A stretch of DNA of 64,000 bases from Alphaproteobacteria bacterium (lineage in GTDB: Bacteria; Pseudomonadota; Alphaproteobacteria; CALKHQ01), in contig CBDDFZ010000001.1 of assembly GCA_965227515.1 (NCBI GenBank), forward strand, positions 1,248,001-1,312,000, given 5' to 3'. The notes under the pieces were generated by a model that was not told the origin of the DNA, searched no databases, and saw nothing but the letters and a program-made list of their open reading frames with translations. Every line of letters begins with the position of its first letter. Positions within the stretch are counted from its first letter, which is position 1. The translations under genes were made by a program, and so were the position numbers. Shown here in pieces: positions 51,464 to 60,710 of this stretch.

Positions 51464-52225
51464 ATGCTGCGACTGTTTGCGATGATCATGGTGCTGGCGC
51501 TGCCGGCGCCCGCACTGGCCGACCGGCCGCCGCTGCCGAACGAGCTGGTTGCGTTCATCGATTCCGTGCTGCTGCACGACGATCTCTCGATCTTCGGGTC
51601 CACCGGCACGGTGGAGCACCAGGTCTCGCGCTGGGACAAGCCGATCAACGTCTATGTCAGCGCCGACATCCCGGCGCACACGCGCGACCGGGTGTGGTGG
51701 CACCTGGACCGGGTGCGCGCCCTGACCGGACTGGAGATCAACCCGGTTGAGCGCGAGGCGGCCGCCAACATGCGCATCATTTTCATTGAGGGCGAGGCGA
51801 TCCGCCAGTTGGCGGGCAACACGGATACGCTGTGCCTGACCGAATACACCCCGGCGGTGGGCGCCATCGACCAGGCCGACGTCTACATTCCCCTGGAGGA
51901 GGCGGGCTGGATGGACAACTGCCTGGCGCACGAGCTGCTGCACGCGCTGGGCTTCTATGCCCACCCGAAGGACAACGACAACCGAAGCGTTCTGGAACAG
52001 GGCGCGCCGATGCAACTGCGCACCTTCACCATGCTGGACGCAGCCGCCCTGCGGGTGCTTTACGACCCGCGGCTGAAGAGCGGCCTGGCGCGCGAGCGGG
52101 CGCTGCCGCTGGTGCGCACCATCGTCGACGAACTGATGGCCGAATGGCCGGAGACCCATCCGGTGATACGCCCCGGGCAATACCTTGCCCGGGACGTCTT
52201 CGATCCGCCGAAGCTGGATGATTGA
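51464..52225 (+). CDS. DUF2927-like secreted zincin-fold protein
   Basis: Signal peptide, SRW..P, CLAHELLHALG (HExxH) and D...L..LYDPRL..G. Confidence 0.75.
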   Translation: MLRLFAMIMVLALPAPALADRPPLPNELVAFIDSVLLHDDLSIFGSTGTVEHQVSRWDKPINVYVSADIPAHTRDRVWWHLDRVRALTGLEINPVEREAAANMRIIFIEGEAIRQLAGNTDTLCLTEYTPAVGAIDQADVYIPLEEAGWMDNCLAHELLHALGFYAHPKDNDNRSVLEQGAPMQLRTFTMLDAAALRVLYDPRLKSGLARERALPLVRTIVDELMAEWPETHPVIRPGQYLARDVFDPPKLDD

Positions 52226-52270
52226 TCGGGGAGTCGGCCCTTGGGGAGGTCGGGTATAGGGCCGGGTCGA

Positions 52271-52906
52271 TCAGGCGGGTGCTTCTCCGGCGGACCTGTC
52301 GGGTTCGCGGCTGGTGGCGACCGTGAAGCCTTCCCACAGCTCGTCGCTGACCCGGTCGTCGGTCATGCAGCCATGGTGCTCGGGCGCCAGAATGACGTGG
52401 TCTTCGCTGCCTGCGGCCTGCGGCAGCCGGTAGGGCGGAATGTGATAGGACTCGGGCTCTTCCACCAGCACGTAGCGGTCCTCGTCGGCGTCGAAGGCCC
52501 AGACGAAGGTGCCGGCATCGGTCTTGCCGCATAGCCGATGGTGGCCGTTCACCAGTTCGGAGCGGTCCACCCACAGCCTGTCGCCCCAGATGTAGCCCAC
52601 CCAGCGCCGGCATCCGTCCGCGTGGTCGATGATGTCGGCCGAGTAGCGGAAGCTGGGATTGTAGGGATCGTTCACCAGCAGGATGGCGGTGGACCGCAAC
52701 ACCCGCTTCGGGCTGTCGGCCTGCGCCGTGCTGCTGTCCTTGTGAATGAACGTGCTGGCGGCCGCATCCTTGAAGAACGACATGCGATACGCCCACACCG
52801 GCGCCACGTCCATCAGCGACGGCCACGAGACCTGGCTTTCGGAGTTGGCGCCCGCGCCATCAAACAAAGTGGAATGCTGTGTTGAGTCGAGAAACAGGTT
52901 GCTCAT
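52271..52906 (-). CDS. Hypothetical protein
   Basis: GGGGGA RBS, host codon bias, 211 aa; no family recognised. Confidence 0.7.
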   Translation of the reverse strand: MSNLFLDSTQHSTLFDGAGANSESQVSWPSLMDVAPVWAYRMSFFKDAAASTFIHKDSSTAQADSPKRVLRSTAILLVNDPYNPSFRYSADIIDHADGCRRWVGYIWGDRLWVDRSELVNGHHRLCGKTDAGTFVWAFDADEDRYVLVEEPESYHIPPYRLPQAAGSEDHVILAPEHHGCMTDDRVSDELWEGFTVATSREPDRSAGEAPA

Positions 52907-52940
52907 TGCGTCCCCCAGTGTTTGTAACGGCGGCGTTAAC

Positions 52941-52957
52941 GTTAACCGCCTGTTAAC
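52941..52957. promoter_or_regulatory. CtrA-binding consensus
   Basis: GTTAA-CCGCCTG-TTAAC, i.e. TTAA-N7-TTAAC on both strands, plus an extra TTAAC half-site at 52936. Confidence 0.7.
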
Positions 52958-53015
52958 CAGGGACATGATGTGGACGGAAATTCACACTCGGCTGTGACAA
53001 TTGCCGTCCGCCGGA

Positions 53016-53031
53016 TGTGATAAAACTCACA
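53016..53031. promoter_or_regulatory. CRP-type binding site
   Basis: TGTGA-TAAAAC-TCACA, a perfect TGTGA-N6-TCACA. Confidence 0.75.
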
Positions 53032-53057
53032 CGTGGAGATAGCGGGCCGGGCGTGCC

Positions 53058-53750
53058 TCAGGTGAATTCGGAGATCTGCGCCCGCAGCCGGGATACGTCG
53101 GACACCAGGATGCGGCGTTGGCTGACCTCCATGATGCCCTGCGACGCCAGATAGTTCAGCTCGCGCGTCACCGCCTCGCGGTGTGTGCTCACCCTGAGCG
53201 CCAGTTCCTGGTGGGTCGGCGCCGGGTCGATGACCGCCTCGTTGCCGCCGCAGCCGACCGCCTCGCACAGCCGCAGGATCTCGGCCTGCACGCGCAGGCG
53301 GACCGGCAAGGTGGAATATTCGAACACGCGCCGCGACAGGCCACGGATCTTCATCACCAGCAGCTCGCACAGCTTCAGGCCAACCACCGGATAGGTCTCG
53401 ATGACGTGGCGGAATGCTTCCGAGTCCATGCGTGCGATCAGTGACGGTTCGGTGGCCACGACAGTGGCGGACCGCGGCGCGCCGTCGATGGCGGAAAATT
53501 CGCCGAACAACTCGCCGGCGAAGATGTCGAGATAGGGCACTTCCTTGCCGCCGCTGGAAAATCGCTTGGCCTGGGCCGCGCCCTCGACAATGAAGAAGAT
53601 GTCGCTGGTCGGCTCGTCCTGGCCCAGGATCTGGCGGCCGGCGGAGTAACGCGCCCACTTGCAGGCCTGGCCCACGTCTTCCGCATCCTCCACCGACAAG
53701 CCGGCGAAGATGGAGATGCCTTGCAACAGACCGGACCGGCCGCCCGACAT
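53058..53750 (-). CDS. Crp/Fnr-family cyclic-nucleotide-binding regulator
   Basis: FGEFSAIDG.PRSATV phosphate-binding cassette; HTH THQELA.....REAVTR. Confidence 0.93.
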   Translation of the reverse strand: MSGGRSGLLQGISIFAGLSVEDAEDVGQACKWARYSAGRQILGQDEPTSDIFFIVEGAAQAKRFSSGGKEVPYLDIFAGELFGEFSAIDGAPRSATVVATEPSLIARMDSEAFRHVIETYPVVGLKLCELLVMKIRGLSRRVFEYSTLPVRLRVQAEILRLCEAVGCGGNEAVIDPAPTHQELALRVSTHREAVTRELNYLASQGIMEVSQRRILVSDVSRLRAQISEFT

Positions 53751-54056
53751 GACGCTGCCCCTCCGCGCCTTGTACGTGGTGCCAAATTGCGCCGGCCAAG
53801 ACCCGCGATCGTCGATGCGGTGCTTATTGCTGGCGCGCGAACCTATCTAACACTGCACGAACAAGTGTAACGCGGCTTCGCGTCATGTGCGTAGCGCCAT
53901 GTCGCACCGGGATGCGGGCGCGGCCGCGCCTGCGATCACAAGAACGTGAGGGGTGGCAGTTCGTTTGAAGTTCGGCGCCGGCACCGAATTCGCAAACGGT
54001 TTGCCTAGACCGTTTCTCGCTTACGCTGAGTCGGCACCGTCCCGTACCCACCTTTG

Positions 54057-54189
54057 TCATCCTTGACCGGCGCACCCGGAACTTGTTCGGGGCGCCGTGT
54101 CGAGGATCCATGGTTGGCATCGCGCAAACGGTGGAATGGATCTCCGGCGCTCGGCCCGTCGCTTCGCTTGGACCTCGGCCGAGGATGAC
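54057..54189. repeat. Family C GTCATCC...GGATGAC palindromic element
   Basis: Terminal inverted repeats GTCATCCT/AGGATGAC with internal GATCCAT/ATGGATC arms. Confidence 0.65.
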
Positions 54190-54282
54190 AATGGAGCGGA
54201 TGTTGGTCCGCTGCAACCTGAGGTCACTTTGGCCCGACCAGCGACCTGGCCTGACGGCGGTACAAGTTTGACGCCCGACGCT

Positions 54283-54879
54283 CTACGCTGCCGCGAAATC
54301 CTGGCCCAGGGCGGCGCGGACCTCCTCGGGCATCACCGCCATGTGCTGATAGGCCTGGTGGCGGAAACCCAGCACCACCTGGGTGCCCGGCGCGCGGAAC
54401 GCGGCAATCTGGGCGTCGGTGAACGGGAAATGCACGAACTGAACCGCGCTTGCCTTGCCGTCCGCGGTGGTGCGGTCGACGTCATCGGCGGCCACGCCCT
54501 TGATCTCGTCACCGGCGACCGAGAGCACCACGGTCTCCTCGATGCCGCCCAGCCGCGAAAGCGCCGCCTGGCGCCGGGTGCGGTCGTCGATCTCCAGCAT
54601 GATGGTGGCGACCAGCTCGCGGCCGTTCGGCACCAGCGGGTTGTAGGCGGCCAGTTCGTCGGCGATCTGCTCCTCGCCGCCACGCTCGATGAACAGCATC
54701 TCGTGGATCTGATGCAGCATCGTCTCGAAGCTCTCGAAATAGAAGGTCGCGAACGGGCCAACCTCCATGCGGCGGTGGCGCTTCACGCCGGCCATGGCGG
54801 TGCGCCGCTCCTTGCGCACGGCCTCATAGTCGGCCATGGGCATGATGTCGTCGCGCGTGATCTCTGTCCTCAGAGCCAT
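54283..54879 (-). CDS. DUF3501 family protein
   Basis: K..RR..VGP...FE, QIHEML..E, EL.AYNPL.P and K.SAVQFV.F. Confidence 0.9.
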   Translation of the reverse strand: MALRTEITRDDIMPMADYEAVRKERRTAMAGVKRHRRMEVGPFATFYFESFETMLHQIHEMLFIERGGEEQIADELAAYNPLVPNGRELVATIMLEIDDRTRRQAALSRLGGIEETVVLSVAGDEIKGVAADDVDRTTADGKASAVQFVHFPFTDAQIAAFRAPGTQVVLGFRHQAYQHMAVMPEEVRAALGQDFAAA

Positions 54880-54891
54880 TGTCTCATCCAT

Positions 54892-54933
54892 CCTGAATTC
54901 TTGGGCCTGAATTCTTGGGCCTGAAATTCTGGG
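54892..54933. repeat. 14-bp tandem repeat x3 (CCTGAATTCTTGGG)
   Basis: Two exact copies and one degenerate copy. Confidence 0.85.
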
Positions 54934-54978
54934 CCCAATCGTGTGGGCCGGAATGTTCGCAGCGTTGGAGCGTCGCCC

Positions 54979-56331
54979 TCAGGCGAGGCCGTAGGCGCGC
55001 GCGAACAGCTCGATCGGGTGCGGCGCGGTGGCCGGCACCTTGCTGCCCCCGTCATCCTTGGCGGCCAGCCGTTCCATGCCCTGCACGATATGGTCGCCGG
55101 CCAGCGGGCATTCCGAGGCGACATGCGCCTTGGTGCTCTCCAGGGCCTTGCGCGCGACCGGACGGCCGACCTTCAACGCGACCTCGAAATTCTCCTTCAT
55201 GATGCCCCACGAGCCGCCATGGCCGGAGCAGCGCTCCACCACTTCAAGGTCGGCATCGGGGATCAGGCGCATCATCTCGGCCGCCTTCTGGCCCATGTTC
55301 TGCGCCCGCGCGTGGCAGGCGATGTGCAGCGCCACGCCGCCGTCCAGCGGCTTCAGGCCGTCGGCCAGCCCTTCCTTGCGCGCGATATCGACCACGTACT
55401 CGGTGATGTCGAAGGTGGCCTGCGACAGCCGTTTCACACCCTCGTCCTCGGGCAGGATCAGCGGCCACTCGAACTTCAGCATCAGCGCGCACGACGGCAC
55501 CAGGGCGATGACGTCCCAGCCGTCGGCGATCTTGGCGGCCAGCGCCTGGGAGATCGTGCGCGCCCGCTCGGCCACGTTCTCGATGTTGCCGTGCTCCAGT
55601 TGCGGCATGCCGCAGCAGGTCGGGTACATCACCTCGGTCTCGACGCCGTTGTGTGCCAGCACATTGCGCGCGGCCACCCCGATGTCGGGATTGTTGTAGT
55701 TGGCGAAGCAGGTGGCGTAGATCACCGCCTTGCGGCCGTGGGCCGGCGCCTTGGCGTTCACCTGCGGCGGGTTGCTCTTCGCCCGCGCGGTGAAGGTCTT
55801 GCCGTGATACTTCGGCAGTGCCGCGTCGCGGTCCACGCCGGCGACCGATTCCATCAGCTTCCGCGTGGTCTTGTTCTCGCGCTTGGTCGCCCAGTTGGCC
55901 AGGCCCGGCGCCATGCCGGCCAGCTTGCCGTTGCGGTCGGTCTTGGTGAGCTGGTTCGCCCAGGTGCCGGTCTTGCCCTGCTTGTGCTCGATGGCGCGGG
56001 CGCGCAGCATCAAGTGCGGAAAATCGATCTGGAACTCGTGCGGCGGCACGTAGGGGCACTTGCTCATGAAGCACATATCGCAGAGCGTGCACGCCTGGAC
56101 GACCGGCGCGAAATCCTTGCTGTCGACGCTGTCCAGTTCGCCGGTCTTCGACTCGTCGATCAGGTCGAACAGGCGCGGGAAGCTGTCGCACAGATTGAAG
56201 CACAGCCGACAGCCGTGGCAGACGTCGAACACACGCCGCAGCTCGGCGTCGAGCTTCTCAGTGTCGTAGAAATCCGGGTTCTGCCATTCGATTGGATGGC
56301 GAACCGGCGCATCGAGGCTGCCTTCGCGCAT
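54979..56331 (-). CDS. Rubrerythrin-associated Fe-S oxidoreductase (GlpC/HdrD-like)
   Basis: CHGCRLCFNLC, CTLCDMC...CP, CCG domain and CSGHGG. Confidence 0.9.
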   Translation of the reverse strand: MREGSLDAPVRHPIEWQNPDFYDTEKLDAELRRVFDVCHGCRLCFNLCDSFPRLFDLIDESKTGELDSVDSKDFAPVVQACTLCDMCFMSKCPYVPPHEFQIDFPHLMLRARAIEHKQGKTGTWANQLTKTDRNGKLAGMAPGLANWATKRENKTTRKLMESVAGVDRDAALPKYHGKTFTARAKSNPPQVNAKAPAHGRKAVIYATCFANYNNPDIGVAARNVLAHNGVETEVMYPTCCGMPQLEHGNIENVAERARTISQALAAKIADGWDVIALVPSCALMLKFEWPLILPEDEGVKRLSQATFDITEYVVDIARKEGLADGLKPLDGGVALHIACHARAQNMGQKAAEMMRLIPDADLEVVERCSGHGGSWGIMKENFEVALKVGRPVARKALESTKAHVASECPLAGDHIVQGMERLAAKDDGGSKVPATAPHPIELFARAYGLA

Positions 56332-56459
56332 CGGCGGCTCCCCAACGATCAGGCCCAACGATCAGGATTGGGACGAAACGGCTGGATTGGGAGAACGCTT
56401 GGCGGTGCCGCAGGCACACCGAGGTGTGCGCCGCGGCGCCACTCAAGCACTCAATTCAG

Positions 56460-56505
56460 CGTCGGGCCATCCTGGCGGCGGTTTCCCGGCCAGGGTGGCC
56501 CGACG
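56460..56505. other. Strong 17-bp stem-loop downstream of rubrerythrin
   Basis: CGTCGGGCCATCCTGGC / GCCAGGGTGGCCCGACG; no U-tract. Confidence 0.55.
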
Positions 56506-56516
56506 ATGTCAGGCGG

Positions 56517-56936
56517 TCAGCCCAGCTCGTTCAGAGCGCGCTGGAAACGGCCGGCGTGAGACTTCTCGGCCTTGGCCAGGGTCTCGAACCAGTCGGCAAT
56601 CTCGTCAAAGCCCTCTTCACGCGCGGTGCGGGCCATGCCGGGGTACATATCGGTGTACTCGTGGGTCTCGCCCGCGATCGCCGACTTCAGGTTGTCCGAG
56701 GTCGAGCCGATCGGCTCACCGGTGGCCGGGTCGCCGACTTCGCGCAGGAAGTCCAGGTGACCATGGGCATGGCCGGTCTCGCCTTCCGCCGTCGAGCGGA
56801 ACACCGCTGCGACGTCGTTGTGGCCTTCCACGTCAGCCTTCTGGGCGAAGTAAAGATAGCGGCGGTTCGCCTGCGATTCGCCGGCAAACGCGTCCTTCAG
56901 GTTTTGCTCGGTACCAGTTCCACTCAACGATGGCAT
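56517..56936 (-). CDS. Short (rubredoxin-less) rubrerythrin
   Basis: [30 protein letters not shown] and AE..H diiron ligands. Confidence 0.95.
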   Translation of the reverse strand: MPSLSGTGTEQNLKDAFAGESQANRRYLYFAQKADVEGHNDVAAVFRSTAEGETGHAHGHLDFLREVGDPATGEPIGSTSDNLKSAIAGETHEYTDMYPGMARTAREEGFDEIADWFETLAKAEKSHAGRFQRALNELG

Positions 56937-57027
56937 CATAACCCTCCCGTCTTGAATTCGAATGCCGTTGGACGACCGATGCATGACCTTGCGGAGTCAT
57001 TCCAACCTGCAAAAACCAAGGTTGATG

Positions 57028-57074
57028 ATTATAACCGCGCACTCGCGCTGTCAACAGATTAGAATTATTCTAGA
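57028..57074 (-). promoter_or_regulatory. Rubrerythrin promoter with adjacent Irr box (iron control element)
   Basis: ATTAGAA-TTA-TTCTAGA at 57058-57074 (consensus TTTAGAA-N3-TTCTAAA); minus-strand TTGACA at 57054-57049 and TATAAT at 57033-57028, a 15-bp spacer. Confidence 0.75.
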
Positions 57075-57135
57075 TATATGTGACCTGCGGTCGCAGGCGG
57101 CGAAACAGGCAGTTCGAGAAGGGTGTTTTGGCGGG

Positions 57136-57561
57136 TCAGCGCGTGCGCACGCGCACGATCACGTTGATGTCCGCGATGTCGTGGCCGTCGGGTGCTGCCG
57201 GCAGCTTATCGAACGACACGTCCTCGGGCTCGATGTCGGTGATCTGCCCGGAGTCCTCGTAGAAGAAGTGGTGATGCACGCTGGTGTTGGTATCGAAGTA
57301 CACCCGGCCCGGCTCTACCAGCACCTCGCGCAACAGGCCGGCTGCCGTGAACTGGTGCAGCGCGTTGTAGACCGTGGCGAGCGAGATGCTGTTGCCGGCG
57401 CGGCGCGCCTCGTCGTGCAACTGCTCGGCCGAGACGTGACGCGGGCCGGTGGCGTATAGCAAATCCGCCAGCGCGACGCGTTGACGCGTCGGCCGCAGGC
57501 CAGCCTCACGCAGCCGCTCCGATATGGCTTCTTGCCGATCCATTTCCATCATGGCGTTCAT
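57136..57561 (-). CDS. irr: Iron response regulator Irr (Fur family)
   Basis: GLRPTRQR, H.SAE.L, SLATVYN.LHQF..AGL and FDTN...HHHF. Confidence 0.9.
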   Translation of the reverse strand: MNAMMEMDRQEAISERLREAGLRPTRQRVALADLLYATGPRHVSAEQLHDEARRAGNSISLATVYNALHQFTAAGLLREVLVEPGRVYFDTNTSVHHHFFYEDSGQITDIEPEDVSFDKLPAAPDGHDIADINVIVRVRTR

Positions 57562-57650
57562 GACATCACCATCCTGCCGCCTCAAGGCACCGGTGCGGGT
57601 ACGCCCGCACCGTCATCAATGCGACAAAATGGTTTGTTCCGCGCCGAAGG

Positions 57651-59048
57651 TCAATTGCCCGTGGAAATTCGGTCCACAAGTTCGCTCACGGTCGGGACGT
57701 AGCCGTTCGAGTAGAACGGGTCTTCAGCGAACCGATAGGCGTTGTGCCCGGCAAACATCAGCTGGTCCTCGAAACGCGGGGAATGGCTGATTTCCTGCAG
57801 CGTCTTCTGGATGCAGAACGAGCGCGGATCGGCCTTGCGCCCGGTGGAATAGGGCTCCACCTGCGACCAGTTCGAGAACGCGCAACTGCTGAGGCAGCCC
57901 ATGCAGTCGATCTGATCGGTGCGGATCTGTTGCTGGGTCTCCGGCGTCACGTAGATCAGCGTCGAATCGGGTGTGCGCATGGCCTCGGTATAGCCTTCGG
58001 CCACCCAGGCCTCGGCCCGGGTCTTGTCGTGCGCGGTCACGAAGACCGAGCGCTTGCGCGCGCCGATTGACAGCTCGGTGTCGAGGTCGCCCAGGGGCTC
58101 GGTCGCGTATGCAACCTGCCGGTCGGAGCGCGCGATCAGGTCAGCCATGAAGTCGTTGCGCACCGCCGACGAATAGAAGCCGGTGGGGCTGAACTTGTGC
58201 AGCACCACGTCGCCTTCCTCCAGGCTCAGCAGCCGCTGCTTCCAGGCGTCGGAGATCGGGCTTTCCATGGTCAGCAGCGGACGGGTGCCGAACTGGAACG
58301 CCACCGGCGCCACGTCCGGGTCCTCGATCCAGTCGGCCCATTCGCGCAGGAACCACACGCCGCCGGCCATCACGATCGGCACGTCGTTCAGGCCGAAGCT
58401 GTTCATCATCGCGCGCAAGGCAACGACCCGCGGATACGGGTCCTCCGGCGACTCCGGATCCTCGGCATTCGAAAGGCCGTTATGGCCACCGGCGCGCCAG
58501 GGATCCTCATAGACCACCGCGCCCAGCCACTCCGGGAACTTGTGATAGGCGCGCTTCCACAGCGCACGGAAGGCACGGGCCGACGACACGATCGGATAGT
58601 AGTAGACGCCGTGCTTGGCGCAGATTTCCGACATCTTGTAGGGCATGCCGGCGCCGCAGGTGACCCCGTCGATCAGCTTGCCGACCCGCTCCAGCGCGCC
58701 GCGCAGCACCAGCTCGGCACCCGCCATCTCCCACAGGATGTTCATGTGGATGCGGCCGTTGCCATTGGCGTACTCATAGGCGATGCGCGCCTGGGCGCAG
58801 GCACCGTCGATGGCGTAGGACAGCAGTTCCTCGTGGCGCTCACGCCGGGTGCGGCCGCGATAGACCTGCGGCACCAGATTGCCGTCGGCATCGAACGAAT
58901 CGGCATTGACGCCGGAGAAGGTGCCGACGCCGCCTGCTGCGGCCCAGGCGCCGGAACTGCGCCCGTTGGACACCGAAATTCCCTTGCCGCCCTCGATCAG
59001 GGGCAGGACTTCCTTGCCGGAAAGCTTGATGGGTTGAAGCGACAACAT
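57651..59048 (-). CDS. Nitronate monooxygenase/FabK/FabX-family flavoprotein with C-terminal Cys cluster
   Basis: PLIEGGKG, GAGMP, PIVSS.RA, AGGHNG, Q.GTR and CMGCLSSC...FCI. Confidence 0.85.
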   Translation of the reverse strand: MLSLQPIKLSGKEVLPLIEGGKGISVSNGRSSGAWAAAGGVGTFSGVNADSFDADGNLVPQVYRGRTRRERHEELLSYAIDGACAQARIAYEYANGNGRIHMNILWEMAGAELVLRGALERVGKLIDGVTCGAGMPYKMSEICAKHGVYYYPIVSSARAFRALWKRAYHKFPEWLGAVVYEDPWRAGGHNGLSNAEDPESPEDPYPRVVALRAMMNSFGLNDVPIVMAGGVWFLREWADWIEDPDVAPVAFQFGTRPLLTMESPISDAWKQRLLSLEEGDVVLHKFSPTGFYSSAVRNDFMADLIARSDRQVAYATEPLGDLDTELSIGARKRSVFVTAHDKTRAEAWVAEGYTEAMRTPDSTLIYVTPETQQQIRTDQIDCMGCLSSCAFSNWSQVEPYSTGRKADPRSFCIQKTLQEISHSPRFEDQLMFAGHNAYRFAEDPFYSNGYVPTVSELVDRISTGN

Positions 59049-59175
59049 GCGGCAGTTGGCCTTTCAGATCTCAGTGGTCGGCACGGTTTTGACGTTGTTT
59101 GTGCGGCGCTGCAACGCCGATACCCTTATCTGCGTCCGGCCGGATGCGTTTGACCACACTTAGGGCAAAGTTTTT

Positions 59176-59772
59176 TCAGATTTGCTGGTCCGCCAAGGCT
59201 TTCGCTGCGGCTCGCTGCTCCACGCGGTGGCCGGCAAAGGCCATGATGGCGCCGACCAGGATCAGGGCGGCGAACACCAGCGGCAGCGGGCCGGTCCAGA
59301 AAAATGCCAACGTGACCGCCATCACGATGGCGCAGATGGCGGCGACGGCCGTGGCCGGTGGCACGTACTTGTTGATCAGAACCATGACGGCGGCGACCAG
59401 CAGGATCAGCAGTGCGGCCTGTTGCAGGATGATCCAGATATCTATTTCTGCAGCGCGTGCCAGCGCCTCGCGGGACGCCGCAACCATCTGTTCCAGGAAT
59501 GCGACCGTCTCGGCGGAGACCTCCGGGTCGTCACGATACTGGTCGATCAAGCCGGGCCATTCCGAGATGTTGTCCTCGGTGATGCCGTCGTGCCGAGACA
59601 AGATACCGATTGCCTGAAACGCGTCGTCCGTGCTGGCCGACTGACGCAGCTGCACCAGGTCGCCAACGTCGCCAATGCTTTCCGATATGTCCAAACCGGC
59701 ATCGATGGATGTCTTGAAATAGAACAAGAGCCCGAAGCCGATCAGGAAAATCCCTCCCCATATCCGCAACAT
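59176..59772 (-). CDS. Hypothetical membrane protein
   Basis: N-terminal TM, soluble loop, then three TM segments; somewhat atypical codon usage. Confidence 0.7.
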   Translation of the reverse strand: MLRIWGGIFLIGFGLLFYFKTSIDAGLDISESIGDVGDLVQLRQSASTDDAFQAIGILSRHDGITEDNISEWPGLIDQYRDDPEVSAETVAFLEQMVAASREALARAAEIDIWIILQQAALLILLVAAVMVLINKYVPPATAVAAICAIVMAVTLAFFWTGPLPLVFAALILVGAIMAFAGHRVEQRAAAKALADQQI

Positions 59773-59844
59773 GGTTGGGCACTCCCAGAATGACGCCGGT
59801 GTCCCGGCCGTCGTGCCGGAAAAGACCAGAGCGTGTTCCGGCTG

Positions 59845-60252
59845 CTACATGCCGCCCATTTGGCAGATGATGTGCCATTCCTCCTCGGTCACCGGCTGGA
59901 TCGACAGCCGCGAGTTCTTGACCAGCACCATGTCGGCCAGTTCGGGCCGCGCCTTGATGTCGGCCAGCGTGACCGGGTTCGGCATCGGCGCCACGGCGGT
60001 GACGTCGACCATGCCGAACTTGGTATCCGGCGCCGATGGGTCCGGATACCAGAGCTTGGAGACCTCGACGATGCCGACGATCCGCTTCTCGTCCACCGAA
60101 TGGTAGAAGAAGCCGCGGTCGCCGATCTGCATCGCCTTCATGTTGTTGTTGGCCTGATGGTTGCGGATGCCGTCCCATTCGGCGGTCCCATCGCGTACCT
60201 GATCGTCCCACGACCAGGCGCCCGGTTCTGACTTCAACAACCAGTAGGCCAT
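59845..60252 (-). CDS. EVE-domain protein
   Basis: YWLLKSEP, WDG.RNHQA, GD..FFYHS and SRLS.QPV...W. Confidence 0.95.
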   Translation of the reverse strand: MAYWLLKSEPGAWSWDDQVRDGTAEWDGIRNHQANNNMKAMQIGDRGFFYHSVDEKRIVGIVEVSKLWYPDPSAPDTKFGMVDVTAVAPMPNPVTLADIKARPELADMVLVKNSRLSIQPVTEEEWHIICQMGGM

Positions 60253-60256
60253 GGGC

Positions 60257-60559
60257 TCAGGCGCCTTCCGCCGCGCTGGCGTTGAAAATGCCCTTGCGCA
60301 TGCGGGTGATGACCACGCTTTCGAACAGGCCGCCCTTGGTGAACGGGTCGTTGGCCGAGAACGCTTCCGCCTCGGCGCGGGTGTCGACGTTCACCACCAG
60401 CAGGCTGCCGGTCATGGTGTCGTCCTCGTCCTGCAACGTGGCGCCGGCCAGCACGATCTTGTCGTTCTGGCTCTTCAGGTACTCCAGGTGCTCCGGCCGC
60501 AGCGACATACGCAGGTCGCCGGTGCCGGGCTTGTCGACGCAGTAGACCGCCCACAGCAT
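60257..60559 (-). CDS. YciI-family protein
   Basis: C.DKP....R...R..HL.YL, AG, GSL and DPF...G. Confidence 0.92.
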   Translation of the reverse strand: MLWAVYCVDKPGTGDLRMSLRPEHLEYLKSQNDKIVLAGATLQDEDDTMTGSLLVVNVDTRAEAEAFSANDPFTKGGLFESVVITRMRKGIFNASAAEGA

Positions 60560-60710
60560 GATGTATTCCTCCCCGAATTGGATGGCGTTCTGCCGGGCCG
60601 GATGCAGCCCGGATCGAAACTTGGATGCGGCGGCAAGCTAGCCTAATTCGCCGCGCGTGCAAATCGCCCCAATGCTGACGGCTCAGGACCGACGGCTCAG
60701 TGCTGCCGGC

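Noticed and set aside
53830-54056. Possible sRNA with several hairpins upstream of the Crp gene
   Set aside because: There is no recognisable family, promoter or terminator, and hairpins are common at this GC content.
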